Below, one piece after another: positions 36,211-46,013 of a DNA stretch of 64,000 bases. Within the stretch, counting starts at the first letter, position 1; the number at the start of each line of letters is the position of its first letter. The notes beneath the pieces were generated by a model. The model was not told the origin of the DNA. It worked only from the letters and a program-made list of their open reading frames with translations, and ran no database searches. Origin of the DNA: Candidatus Micrarchaeota archaeon (GTDB lineage: Archaea; Micrarchaeota; Micrarchaeia; Anstonellales; Bilamarchaeaceae); NCBI GenBank assembly GCA_043800955.1, contig JAZDMN010000049.1, positions 282 through 64,281 of the forward strand, in the 5' to 3' direction. The position numbers and the translations under genes were made by a program.

Positions 36211-37581
36211 TCAGACGTTGAAGTACTTCAGGAGCTCGTGCCCGCTGATGCCCTTCATGGATTCCTTGTGCTGCCTCAGCTTGAGGTCAAGGTAGTCCGC
36301 AAGGAGCTCTGTCGGTACGACGCCCTTGAGGAACGCAGTATCGCTCTGCAGCGCGGCCGCGGCATCGAATAGGCTTCCTGGAAGCTCTTTAACAGTCCTC
36401 TTCTTGGTGCCCGTTTCCTCGGTCGGGTCCCCTGGCTCGGTCTTCTTCTTGACCCCGTCAAGGCCCGCCGCGGCCATGAGGGCCTGTGCAAGGTACGGGT
36501 TGGCCGCTGGGTCAGCCCCGCGGTAGACGATTCTTTTCGTCTCCTTGATGTTCTTCTTGTAGCTCGGGACGCGAACCAGGGCATCCTTGTCCAATGCGCT
36601 CCATCCGACCTTGAAGCCTTCCATCGCAAGCCGGCGATATGAGTTCGGTGTCGGCGCAGTGAAAAGCGAAAGGGCCGATGAGTGCTCAAGAATGCCGCCG
36701 ATGAAGTACCGGCCGGTCTGGCTGAGCTGCCCGTAGGCCTCCTTGCCCTCGTAGAACAGGTTCTGCTCACTGGTCTTCCAGAGGCTGATGGCGATGTTGA
36801 ACGAGTTGCCCCGCTCGCCCTCAATCGGGTATGGCATGAACGTCGCAGCCGCGTTGACCGCGGTGGCAAGGTTCTTGGTGATGAATTTCAGCGTGTTGAC
36901 CGCGTCACCTGCCGCCTTGAGGCTCCTTGACGAGAGCTCGAACGTCTGCTGGGACGTGGGGGCACGACCGTGGCGGTGCGAATCGACGAGGACGCCGAAG
37001 CTGTCCTCGAGCGTCTCGGAAATCTGCGTCCTTGCCGAGTACATCGAGTCGTACGGCGTCGCCGCGTAGGCGCCCGTCTTCTCGTTCGAGAGCGGGGATG
37101 GACCCCACCTTGCCTCGCGCGAGTCCATGAGGAGACCTGTCCCCCTGCCCTTGGTCATCTTGTCGGCTGTCGCGGTGTCCAGGAGGTAGCATTCGACCTC
37201 GCTCCCTACCAGGGAGCTCTTTATGCCTGCAGCACTGAGGTTGGTTTCCATCCTCTCAGCAACATAGCGCGGGTCTTTGAGGAACCTTTCCTTCTTCACC
37301 GCGACGACGACATCGCAGATGAGCCTGACCGTCGCAGGTTCCCAGGGGAGCCTGGCAAGCGTGTCTGGGTCCGGGAGCAGGACCAAATCGCCCTGGTCCG
37401 AGTTTCCGTAGACCTCAGAGAGGTCCGCTGCGTGGATTCCGTTGCCGAAAGTCGCTTCCTCGAGCTTCCGGTTTGAAACGCTGATTCTATGCATCTGGCC
37501 CTTGATATCGAAGAACTGTAAGTCAATCCACCTAATCTCATTTGTAGCGATATATTTCATCACATCGTCTATAGCAGACAA
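36211..37581 (-). CDS. glutamine synthetase type I-like protein, catalytically degenerate
   Basis: IDLQFFD, DPR, ATFMPYP, NSYRRL and DPAANPYL fold motifs present; several metal ligands absent. Confidence 0.85.
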   Translation of the reverse strand: MSAIDDVMKYIATNEIRWIDLQFFDIKGQMHRISVSNRKLEEATFGNGIHAADLSEVYGNSDQGDLVLLPDPDTLARLPWEPATVRLICDVVVAVKKERFLKDPRYVAERMETNLSAAGIKSSLVGSEVECYLLDTATADKMTKGRGTGLLMDSREARWGPSPLSNEKTGAYAATPYDSMYSARTQISETLEDSFGVLVDSHRHGRAPTSQQTFELSSRSLKAAGDAVNTLKFITKNLATAVNAAATFMPYPIEGERGNSFNIAISLWKTSEQNLFYEGKEAYGQLSQTGRYFIGGILEHSSALSLFTAPTPNSYRRLAMEGFKVGWSALDKDALVRVPSYKKNIKETKRIVYRGADPAANPYLAQALMAAAGLDGVKKKTEPGDPTEETGTKKRTVKELPGSLFDAAAALQSDTAFLKGVVPTELLADYLDLKLRQHKESMKGISGHELLKYFNV

Positions 37582-37659
37582 AAGACCACCGGATAAGTTT
37601 AGCGTTATATAAGAATAAATAGGTTTCGAAAAGCTACCTCGAAGAGCGAAAAACCCATC

Positions 37660-39063
37660 TTATCCGCAGTGGAGGTCCTCGTCTTTCCGCTCCTTGGCCA
37701 TTTGACGCGCCAGCGGCGTGATGTAATCCTCGTTGAGGCAGCCGGTGCATATGGGCAGGCCTATTGCGCGGCGCAGGCCTTCGAGCGACAGGTAGCCGAG
37801 GCTGTCGACCCCGAGGAACTTCGCGACCTCATCCTCGCTTTTCCGATTCGCAATCAGCTCCCGGTAGGATTTCATATCCACCCCGTAGAAACAGGGGGCG
37901 CGAAGGGGAGGGCAGGTTATCCTGACGTGGACCTCTTTGGCCCCTGCGCCCCGGACAAGCGCCACGATTTCCTTGAGCGTGGTGCCGCGGACGATGCTGT
38001 CATCGATAAGGACGACCGATTTTCCGCCAACAAGCCCGGAGACCGGATTGATTTTCAGCCTGACATTGTCGCTCCGCTTCTCCTGGTTTGCCATGATGAA
38101 CGTCCGGCCGATGTAGCGGTTCTTTATCAGGCCTTCCTCGACGGGTATGTTTAGGGATTTCGCATACGCTTCGGCTGCGGTCCTGGACGTGTCCGGCACC
38201 GCCACCACAAGGTCGGCTTTGGCCGGATGCTCCTTTGCAAGCATTTGCCCCAGGCGTTTGCGCACCTCATAAACGGCCTTGCCATTGATTATCGAGTCGG
38301 GCCTAGAGAAGTACACGTATTCGAACATGCAGTGCCTCGGCTCTTTTTTGAGGAGGCTTTTACGCTCCATCTTCTGATTGAGGATTATCAGCTCGCCCCC
38401 TTCGACTACGCCCTTGTACGGGATGCCGTTGACATCGAGCGCGCAGCTTTCGCTCGCAAAGGAGATGAAGCGCTCGTTCTCGCCCCAGACCAAAGGTCTT
38501 ATCGCATGCGGGTCCCGGAAGACCGCGAGCGACTTCCTGATGATGGCGACATCCGAATAGGCGCCATCGAGCGTCGCGATAACATGGCGGACCGCATCCT
38601 CGATAGTCGCGCCGGTTTTGAGTTTCGAGTCCAAGAGGAATGCAATCGGCTCTGAATCCACGGTTCCATTGAATTTGTATCCGGCTTTCTCCAATGCCTC
38701 GCGGACCGCGTCATAGTTGGCCAGGTGGCCGTTATGGGCAACAGAGATGTCCCCGATGAGCGAGGGCTGGACGTCCTGTATAAGGCATCGCCCGGTTGTG
38801 GGATACCTCGTATGGCCGATTCCCATATGTCCCTCAAGGCCCATATCTGCAGACGTGAAGATATCCGTCACCAATCCGAGGCCGTGGCGGGCCACAAGGC
38901 CGCCCTTCCCCAGGACTACGAATCCTGCCGCGTCCTGGCCGCGGTGCTGGAGTGCGACAAGCGCGCGGTAAAGGTAAGGCGCGACGTCCTCGCCCTTTTT
39001 CGAGACGACGGCGATGACTCCGCACTCCTCGTGCTTCTCGGAATCCGGTGAGAATGAGACCAT
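37660..39063 (-). CDS. purF: amidophosphoribosyltransferase
   Basis: EECG propeptide site, QHRGQD, GHTRYPT, FEYVYFSRPDS and DDSIVRGTT motifs. Confidence 0.96.
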   Translation of the reverse strand: MVSFSPDSEKHEECGVIAVVSKKGEDVAPYLYRALVALQHRGQDAAGFVVLGKGGLVARHGLGLVTDIFTSADMGLEGHMGIGHTRYPTTGRCLIQDVQPSLIGDISVAHNGHLANYDAVREALEKAGYKFNGTVDSEPIAFLLDSKLKTGATIEDAVRHVIATLDGAYSDVAIIRKSLAVFRDPHAIRPLVWGENERFISFASESCALDVNGIPYKGVVEGGELIILNQKMERKSLLKKEPRHCMFEYVYFSRPDSIINGKAVYEVRKRLGQMLAKEHPAKADLVVAVPDTSRTAAEAYAKSLNIPVEEGLIKNRYIGRTFIMANQEKRSDNVRLKINPVSGLVGGKSVVLIDDSIVRGTTLKEIVALVRGAGAKEVHVRITCPPLRAPCFYGVDMKSYRELIANRKSEDEVAKFLGVDSLGYLSLEGLRRAIGLPICTGCLNEDYITPLARQMAKERKDEDLHCG

Positions 39064-39114
39064 ACATGCTAGTGGCAGCGCAAATTTAAATCCGTTTTGG
39101 GCATAGTGGGATTG

Positions 39115-40455
39115 ATGTTCGGAACATCGGGCATACGTGGCGTCTACGGGCAGGATATCACCCCAGCCCTCGCTTCAAGGATAGCCTCAATATTCTGCGG
39201 CAAACGGCTCGTTGTTGGGCGCGACATCCGGGAAAGCGGCCCCACCCTATTTGAAGCGGTTTGCCAGGGCGCATTCGCAGCCGGGGCCACGGTGATTGAC
39301 CTTGGCATCGTACCGACCCCGACAGTTGCGCTAGCGACCAAGAAGCACGCGTGCCGGGGCATCATGCTGACCGCCTCGCACAACCCGCCGGAGTACAACG
39401 GGCTGAAGCTGATAGAGGGGGGTAAGGAGATTGGGAAGGAGCTGGAGAAGGATATAACAAGGAGATACAAGGCGGGCGAAGGTGTGAGCCTGGCAAGCGA
39501 ACAGGGCGGCCCAGATATCCACGGCGCTCTCGTCCATGATTGGGAGATAGTAGAGGACCACAAGAAAGCGATAGTTGGAATGGTCGATAGAAGGGCGATA
39601 GAAAAGAGGAAGCCGAAAATCATCGTGGACTGCAACGGTGCGGCATCATCTATTACACCCTATCTCCTTAGCGACCTCGGGGCGAAGGTCGTCAGCGTCA
39701 ACGCATCGCTAAGCTGCTTCAACCGGGCCTCGGAGCCGAGTGCCGGCAATCTTTCCTACCTTCCTTCGCTTATCCTAGATACCGGAGCGGATTTCGCGAT
39801 TGCGCATGACGGCGATGGAGACAGGTGCATGATAATCGATGAGCGCGGGGAGGCGCTTCCGCTGGATGCGCAGCTTGCCATCATGATTGAGCACGAATTG
39901 GAGTGTGTGGGCTCGCAGAACCGAAATATCGTTTCCACGGTTGAGTCATCTCTTGCGATACGGGATGTCGTGGAAAAGGCAGGCGGAAAGATAACCATTA
40001 CGCCGGTCGGGAGCACCCATGTGGGGGACGCGCTTGAGGAACGCAAGGCTCTATTCGGCGGCGAACCGTGCGGCGAGTACATCTACCGCGACGGTGTGCA
40101 TGTCCCGGATGCCATATTGGCCGCGGCGAAATTCACGGAGATTTTCTGCAAGAAAGGGGCGTTCTCGAAACTCAAAACCAAATATCCGCAGAGTCCGATG
40201 GCTCGGGAGAAGTTCCAGGCGAAGGACAAGCACAAGGCCATGGCGGGGATTATCCCGCAAGTGCGCAGTCTTGGCATCGATGGAATCTTTAGAACCGATG
40301 ACGGAATCCGCATTGACGAGCCCGACGGCTGGTTCCTGATAAGGGCATCTGGCACAGAACCGATTGTGCGCCTGACGATGGAGTATAAGACGGAAAAAAG
40401 GCTCCTAGGGCGGAAGAAGGACTTGGCCGCGATTATCTCCAGGAATTGCGTTTAG
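39115..40455 (+). CDS. phosphoglucosamine mutase/phosphomannomutase family
   Basis: FGTSGIRG, TASHNP, DGDGDR and RASGTEP motifs. Confidence 0.92.
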   Translation: MFGTSGIRGVYGQDITPALASRIASIFCGKRLVVGRDIRESGPTLFEAVCQGAFAAGATVIDLGIVPTPTVALATKKHACRGIMLTASHNPPEYNGLKLIEGGKEIGKELEKDITRRYKAGEGVSLASEQGGPDIHGALVHDWEIVEDHKKAIVGMVDRRAIEKRKPKIIVDCNGAASSITPYLLSDLGAKVVSVNASLSCFNRASEPSAGNLSYLPSLILDTGADFAIAHDGDGDRCMIIDERGEALPLDAQLAIMIEHELECVGSQNRNIVSTVESSLAIRDVVEKAGGKITITPVGSTHVGDALEERKALFGGEPCGEYIYRDGVHVPDAILAAAKFTEIFCKKGAFSKLKTKYPQSPMAREKFQAKDKHKAMAGIIPQVRSLGIDGIFRTDDGIRIDEPDGWFLIRASGTEPIVRLTMEYKTEKRLLGRKKDLAAIISRNCV

Positions 40456-40889
40456 GCCCCGGATTTTGACAATCTCTTTAGCGCAATCATGGCCGCGTCT
40501 TTTTTCTCGTACGGCACAAGGATATGGTCATGATGGTACGCCGAATACGCGTTCACGCTTATCCCTTCGGCTGCAAGCGCAGCGGCGATTTTCGCCAAAA
40601 ACCCAACCGCCATGAGGTCCGAGTCCACGCCGAGCGTGATAAGGGCGAACGGCCCGATTAGTTCGCCATCGCACAGTTCAGCGACCTCGGCCTTGATATC
40701 CTCGGAAAGCACTACAGACAACCCTTCGGCCTCCCTGAATATGGCAAGGACGTAATCCAGATAGTTTGCAAGAGCCATGAGCTGTGATTCGTCTAGTGAT
40801 GCCATATAGTATTTTCCCGGAATATGCGTGGGCTCCATGCCTGCAAGAAGGCTTCTTAGGTCCGACAATGTTTTCTTGGGCTTTCCCAT
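40452..40889 (-). CDS. ACT-domain protein (DUF2241-like)
   Basis: FREAEG, SDLMAVGF, GISVN and SAYHHDHILVP motifs. Confidence 0.85.
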   Translation of the reverse strand: MGKPKKTLSDLRSLLAGMEPTHIPGKYYMASLDESQLMALANYLDYVLAIFREAEGLSVVLSEDIKAEVAELCDGELIGPFALITLGVDSDLMAVGFLAKIAAALAAEGISVNAYSAYHHDHILVPYEKKDAAMIALKRLSKSGA

Positions 40890-40958
40890 GAATGGGTGCT
40901 AAGAGACCAAGGCTTAAAATCCCAGCCTGGAAAACACATGCGAACATGCGGTGCATCC

Positions 40959-41465
40959 ATGAAACCCGAGGCATACCAAAGGCAGCTGATATTGTACCTG
41001 AACAACAAGGCGTTCGAGCAGGCCTATGACTTTGCGAAGCAATACGTCGGCGAGCATCCTGACGACATGGTCGCACATTTCCTTCTTTCAAAAGCAGCGC
41101 TCTGGCAGGGGAAATACGAGGAAACCGTGCTCGAGGCGCGAAAAGCGTTCAACCTGGCGCGGAACGAGGCTGACATGGTCATGTGCGCCATCCACGCGTG
41201 CATCGCGTACTACCGGCTCCAGCAGTACGACAAGGGCTTCGAGCTTTTACAGGCACTCGACCGGATAAGGACGTGCGAGGAGACGGAACAACTCGCATTC
41301 CTGTTCAGCCTGGCGGTCGGCAACGATGTCGAGGCCAGGAAGCACTTCAATGCAATGATGACCATCGACAGCGATGCGGCGATGGGGTTCTTGAAAGAGA
41401 TTTCCGAAGGCGCGAATTTCGATTATGACAAGCTGTTCAGGAAGACCGATAGGTTCTCATATTGA
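40959..41465 (+). CDS. TPR-like helical repeat protein
   Basis: Ala/Tyr-rich helical repeats (HPDDMVAHFLL..GKYEE). Confidence 0.65.
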   Translation: MKPEAYQRQLILYLNNKAFEQAYDFAKQYVGEHPDDMVAHFLLSKAALWQGKYEETVLEARKAFNLARNEADMVMCAIHACIAYYRLQQYDKGFELLQALDRIRTCEETEQLAFLFSLAVGNDVEARKHFNAMMTIDSDAAMGFLKEISEGANFDYDKLFRKTDRFSY

Positions 41466-41477
41466 GGCCGCGGTTGC

Positions 41478-41699
41478 CTATTTCTTTCCCAGCATCCGCC
41501 CGAAAAAGCCCTTCACCGCGCCGCCGATGCTTCCCTTCATGTCCCTTAGCATACCTTTGATTTCCGGCTTGCCGAGCATGTCCCCCTTGCTCATGCCCCT
41601 AGGGCCTAGGCTCGCTTCCAGCTTTGACTCCTGCTTCTGGGTCTGCTCGGTCGTCAGTTCCTCTTTCGGGCCTCCGCCTTTGAGTGCTGGTTGTCCCAT
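41478..41699 (-). CDS. small hypothetical protein
   Basis: AGGTGA RBS; follows the translin gene in the same direction. Confidence 0.55.
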   Translation of the reverse strand: MGQPALKGGGPKEELTTEQTQKQESKLEASLGPRGMSKGDMLGKPEIKGMLRDMKGSIGGAVKGFFGRMLGKK

Positions 41700-41708
41700 G
41701 CCAATCAC

Positions 41709-42260
41709 CTAGAGAAGCTCTCCCCGCGCCTGCTCTATCTGGTGGCGTGCCGAATCCTGCTTTTTCCGGAATTCCGGGAGCACCGAATTCGAGAAGCGCA
41801 GCGGAAGGAGCTCGTCGTAAACCTCCTCCATCATCTTGAAGTAGAATTCCGCCTCGTGCTTGTTGCCGCGCCGGAGCGACTCGTACATCTCGCGCTTGAA
41901 CTCGCCGATGGCGTCAAGAAGCCCAAGGAGGTACGGGATTTCCGGGACCTTGAGTTTCGCATAGCTCGGGATTTTCTTCGATTCGATTGCTGAAAGCACG
42001 ATTTGGGCTTCCGCATACTCCTGATAGATGTGGGCGAGCTGGCCGGGGAAGTCCTCGGCATACGGGGCCAGGCCCTTTAGGGCGTCTTCGGCTTCCTTGA
42101 GGTGGGCTTTCGCCGTCTTCATGTCATATGCGTGCATGGCCTTGATTGCGTTCGAGCATGAGCGCACGACCTTGCGGTTCTCGGCCAGGACGATATCGAG
42201 CTTCTTTTCCTTCTCTGAAAGCATCTTCGTGATGCGGTTGATGCCCAAATCGAGTGCCAT
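41709..42260 (-). CDS. translin/Trax family protein
   Basis: QEYAEA, YLLGLLDAIGEFKR and RKKQD motifs. Confidence 0.88.
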   Translation of the reverse strand: MALDLGINRITKMLSEKEKKLDIVLAENRKVVRSCSNAIKAMHAYDMKTAKAHLKEAEDALKGLAPYAEDFPGQLAHIYQEYAEAQIVLSAIESKKIPSYAKLKVPEIPYLLGLLDAIGEFKREMYESLRRGNKHEAEFYFKMMEEVYDELLPLRFSNSVLPEFRKKQDSARHQIEQARGELL

Positions 42261-42313
42261 GGAGATGCTTTGTGCCGGGAGGATTAAATAGCTAACCTGG
42301 GCATGATGGAGCC

Positions 42314-43093
42314 ATGGCATTGGAAGATATTCTCGGTTTGTGCTTATTGCCGCTGGTTTTCATTTTCGGTTTCATGGCCCTCGGTTCGATACGGGTGCTT
42401 TACCAGTACCAGAAAGGCATCCTTTTCCAGCTCGGAAAATACGTCAGGACCGTGGAGCCTGGTGTGACCATTGTCTTGCCCATGCTGCAGGAATTGCGCG
42501 TGGTCGACATGAGAATCACCACGGCCGACATCCCCAAGCAGGAAGTGATTACCAAGGACAACATCCCGGTGCTTGTCAATACGGTCGTATACTACAAGGT
42601 CGAGAAGCCTGATGCTGCGGTCCTCAAGATACAGAACTTCGACTTCGCGGTTAGGCAGTACACGCAGGCCGCACTCCGCGATGTCGTTGGCAACAGCGAG
42701 CTCGATTTCGTGCTTACGGAAAGGGAGAAAGTCGCCCAGGGGATAAAGAAAATAGTCGATGCGGAGACTTCCGAGTGGGGCGTCGACATATCCGCGATAA
42801 AGATACAGGAAATCGAGCTTCCGGCTGAGATGAAGAGGGCGATGGCCAAGCAGGCCGAGGCCGAGAGGGAGCGCAGGGCGGTCGTTATTTCCTCTGAAGG
42901 AGAGCTCCAGGCGTCGCTAAACCTCATGAGGGCGGCCGAGAACCTGGCAAAATCAGATGGGGCGCTGCATCTAAGGACGCTCCAGACCATCCGGGATATA
43001 GCCGCTGACCCGTCCGAGAAGATTGTGCTGTTCCTGCCCAGCGACTACGGCCGGATTGTCTCGGGCTTGTTATCGAAAAAGAAGGAGAGCTGA
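42314..43093 (+). CDS. SPFH/band-7 (stomatin-like) membrane protein
   Basis: VDMR..DIPKQEVITKDN and RAMAKQAEAERERRA motifs. Confidence 0.93.
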   Translation: MALEDILGLCLLPLVFIFGFMALGSIRVLYQYQKGILFQLGKYVRTVEPGVTIVLPMLQELRVVDMRITTADIPKQEVITKDNIPVLVNTVVYYKVEKPDAAVLKIQNFDFAVRQYTQAALRDVVGNSELDFVLTEREKVAQGIKKIVDAETSEWGVDISAIKIQEIELPAEMKRAMAKQAEAERERRAVVISSEGELQASLNLMRAAENLAKSDGALHLRTLQTIRDIAADPSEKIVLFLPSDYGRIVSGLLSKKKES

Positions 43094-43761
43094 TGGAACT
43101 CTTAAGGAAGAGCAGGTATCTCCAGCTCGCATTCAACGGCGATTCTTCTGAAGTGGCGAGGCTGCTTCCCCGCATTCCGCGCGACCCGCGCATAATCATA
43201 GAGGCAGGGACACCGTACATCAAGCGCGAGGGCGACCGGGCGATAAAATATGTCCGCAGCCTCTGGGACGGGTATGTTGTGGCCGACATCAAGACGATGG
43301 ACGGGGCGGCAGAGGAGGTCGCTGAGGCCGCGGAAGCCGGAGCCAACGGGGCTACGGTCCTTGGGTCTGCGCCCACGGAAACGCTCGACCTCTTCATAAG
43401 TTCCTGCACGGATTCCGGCATGGACGCATTCATAGACATGATAGGCGTCGAGGACCCGCTTAGGGTTCTCATGAGGCTGAAGAAGCCGCCGCGCGTAATC
43501 GTGCTCCACCGCGGGAGGGATGAGGAGAGCACGCGCGACAAGGTCATCAAGTACGCCCATATAAAGCGCGTCCGGAGCAAGTTCGACGTCCTGGTTTCTG
43601 CCGCAGGGGGCATCGACCTCCGGCAGGCCCAGAGCGCATCATTCAACGGCGCGAACATCGTCACGGTGAACATCGTGAAGCCCGACGACCCTTTTGAAGG
43701 CATATCGAGCGACGACCGCATCGAGAAGCTGGCCGTGGATTTCCTCAACGGCATCGACTGA
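43093..43761 (+). CDS. 3-hexulose-6-phosphate synthase / OMPDC-HUMPS family
   Basis: LQLAF, IEAGTP.IK and ADIKTMD motifs. Confidence 0.8.
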   Translation: MELLRKSRYLQLAFNGDSSEVARLLPRIPRDPRIIIEAGTPYIKREGDRAIKYVRSLWDGYVVADIKTMDGAAEEVAEAAEAGANGATVLGSAPTETLDLFISSCTDSGMDAFIDMIGVEDPLRVLMRLKKPPRVIVLHRGRDEESTRDKVIKYAHIKRVRSKFDVLVSAAGGIDLRQAQSASFNGANIVTVNIVKPDDPFEGISSDDRIEKLAVDFLNGID

Positions 43762-43803
43762 GCGCTTCGCTGATTTTTTAAAACTAGCCTGATATTGCCA
43801 TGC

Positions 43804-44490
43804 ATGCACGTCGTACTCTCAATAGGCGGAAGCTCGATAATCCCTGATGGAAAGGCGGACCTCGCGTTCCTACGCTCGCTTTCGGCGCTGATTAAGAAGA
43901 GCAAGAACAGCTTCGGAATACTCTGCGGCGGCGGAACAATTGCGCGACTTTATGCAAATGCCGTACGCGAGCTCGGGGCCGGCGAATACGAGGCTGATTC
44001 CATAGCAATCCGTTCGACCAGGCAGAATGCCGCCCTTCTCATTGCCGCGCTCAAATCTTCTGGAATCGACGTGCATGGACGGGTCATCGACGATTTCGAG
44101 TTCGCGAAGGAGCCTGCGCGGGAGAACAAGGTGGTGGTCATGGGCGGGACGATTCCGGGTATAACCACAGATACCGATTCGGTGCTGCTTGCAGAGGCAA
44201 TCGGTGCGAAAAGGCTTGTGAACGTAAGCAACGTGGATGCCATATACGACTCCGACCCCAGGAAAAACCCCAATGCGAAAAAATACGTGAAGATGGGCTA
44301 TGAGGAGCTGATAGTGCTTGCAAGCCAGAGCGACAAGAGGATGGCCGGGACCAATTTCGTCTTCGACCTGCTCGCCTGCAAGCTTATCGCCCGCTCGAAA
44401 ATCGAGACGCATTTCGTGTCCTATAAGAGGATGAATGATTTGGAGGCCGCGGTAGAGGGGAAGAAACACGGCGGCACGGTAGTCTATTGA
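43804..44490 (+). CDS. pyrH: uridylate kinase
   Basis: LSIGGS, GGG, GGTIPGITTD and NVDAIYDSDP motifs. Confidence 0.92.
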   Translation: MHVVLSIGGSSIIPDGKADLAFLRSLSALIKKSKNSFGILCGGGTIARLYANAVRELGAGEYEADSIAIRSTRQNAALLIAALKSSGIDVHGRVIDDFEFAKEPARENKVVVMGGTIPGITTDTDSVLLAEAIGAKRLVNVSNVDAIYDSDPRKNPNAKKYVKMGYEELIVLASQSDKRMAGTNFVFDLLACKLIARSKIETHFVSYKRMNDLEAAVEGKKHGGTVVY

Positions 44491-44544
44491 GTATCGGGAT
44501 TGGAAAAAGGGCGATTGCCGGAAAAAGGAACCGGCATTGAAAAA

Positions 44545-45267
44545 TCAGGACGAGGAGGATTTGAGGTATTTCCCGACTTCCTTGTCCGGCAGGCTGATTA
44601 CCTTCTTGTTCTTGAGATTGGCGAAGGATATCTCCACGTTCTCCTGCATGAGCTTCTCATCCTGGGTCTTGCGCAGCGACTCCACGCAGAGCCGGATGGC
44701 ATCATCAAGAGGCATCTTCTCGTCGTACTTGGATTCGAGGTACTCGTCGACCTCCTTCTTGTTGGCACCGATTGCATCAGCCCTGTACGCGGTCATTGCT
44801 CCCGAGGGCTCGGCCTCGAAGAGCTTCGGGCCCTGGGCATCCACGCCCGCAATCAGGAGGGAGACGCCGAATGGGCGGATTCCGCCGTACTGGGTGTAGA
44901 CCTGCATCAGGTCGCAGACGCTCCTTGCAATGGAATCCACGCTCGGGGGCTCGTTGTAGGTTATCCTGTGCCTCTGCGAATCCACCCTCGCAATTTCGAC
45001 TAGGCGCCTTGCATCTGCAATCAGACCGCTTGCGGTGACGCAGATGTGCGAATCGACCTCGAAAATCTTCTTGAGGGATTCTGGGACGACGAGCTTGGAG
45101 TGGATGGACTTGAATGCGACGAGGGCGACGCCTTCCTTGCACGTTATGCCGATTGCCGTTGCGCCCCTTTTGACCGCCTCTTTGGCGTATTCGACCTGGA
45201 ACAATCTGCCATCTGGGCTGAAAACCGTGATAGCTCTATCATAAGCCTGCGGGGAAACTCCGTACAT
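44545..45267 (-). CDS. psmA: proteasome alpha subunit
   Basis: YDRAITVFSPDGRLFQVEYA and RPFGVSLL motifs. Confidence 0.97.
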   Translation of the reverse strand: MYGVSPQAYDRAITVFSPDGRLFQVEYAKEAVKRGATAIGITCKEGVALVAFKSIHSKLVVPESLKKIFEVDSHICVTASGLIADARRLVEIARVDSQRHRITYNEPPSVDSIARSVCDLMQVYTQYGGIRPFGVSLLIAGVDAQGPKLFEAEPSGAMTAYRADAIGANKKEVDEYLESKYDEKMPLDDAIRLCVESLRKTQDEKLMQENVEISFANLKNKKVISLPDKEVGKYLKSSSS

Positions 45268-45346
45268 TAAGATTCACCTCAAAACTGGTAGGTTGTATGC
45301 GTCTTTGCTATTTAAATGCGTTGCTTTTGGAGACGGTAGTGCGACG

Positions 45347-45979
45347 TTACTTCCTGCTATCGGCATCAGATGCCCAGCCCAGGTATTTCCCGCGCTTCTT
45401 ACCTGTGGCATAGGCCTCGCAGTTCACGCAGGAATCGTCCGCCATCCGCCTTTCGTTAATCGGCTTTGACCCTGAAAACGGGTCCGGGGGCAGGTTCTCC
45501 GGGTCGGCCCCTATTGTGCGGAAGAGAATCCTCGTACTTTCGCTGTCGATTGGCTTTTTCGGCCTCTCGATGACAACCCGGATGCGGGTGCCGCCCTTGC
45601 CGGGCTTGGCAGATACGATTTCCCACCGGTCCTGCTCGTAGAGGAGGCAGGGCTTGCAGAGAGCCTTGCCGCGCAGGATGAATGCCATTCCAGGGAGCGC
45701 CCCGCCGCAGCGCTCACACCTCTCGTCGAAGCGGATGGGAGCGAGAATGCGCTCCTTTTTCAACCGCATCTGGAACGATTCCACATCCGCGGACTCCGGG
45801 GAGCCGCTGCAGAATGGACACGCGTAGATTGCGTCGCCGCAGCGGCGTATGTGGCATTTAACGCAGTCGACGCACTTCGGCGCCGCTGACTGGAGCAGGC
45901 AGTCCTGGCAGTATTGCCCGCCATCCGGGCCTGCAAGAAGCTCGGCCTCGCGGCCGCAGCGCACGCAGAAAGAGCTCAT
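45347..45979 (-). CDS. Cys-rich multi-zinc-finger hypothetical protein
   Basis: At least 7 CxxC pairs. Confidence 0.7.
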   Translation of the reverse strand: MSSFCVRCGREAELLAGPDGGQYCQDCLLQSAAPKCVDCVKCHIRRCGDAIYACPFCSGSPESADVESFQMRLKKERILAPIRFDERCERCGGALPGMAFILRGKALCKPCLLYEQDRWEIVSAKPGKGGTRIRVVIERPKKPIDSESTRILFRTIGADPENLPPDPFSGSKPINERRMADDSCVNCEAYATGKKRGKYLGWASDADSRK

Positions 45980-46013
45980 GATATGATTATGTTGCGAAGG
46001 TAATATACACGGG

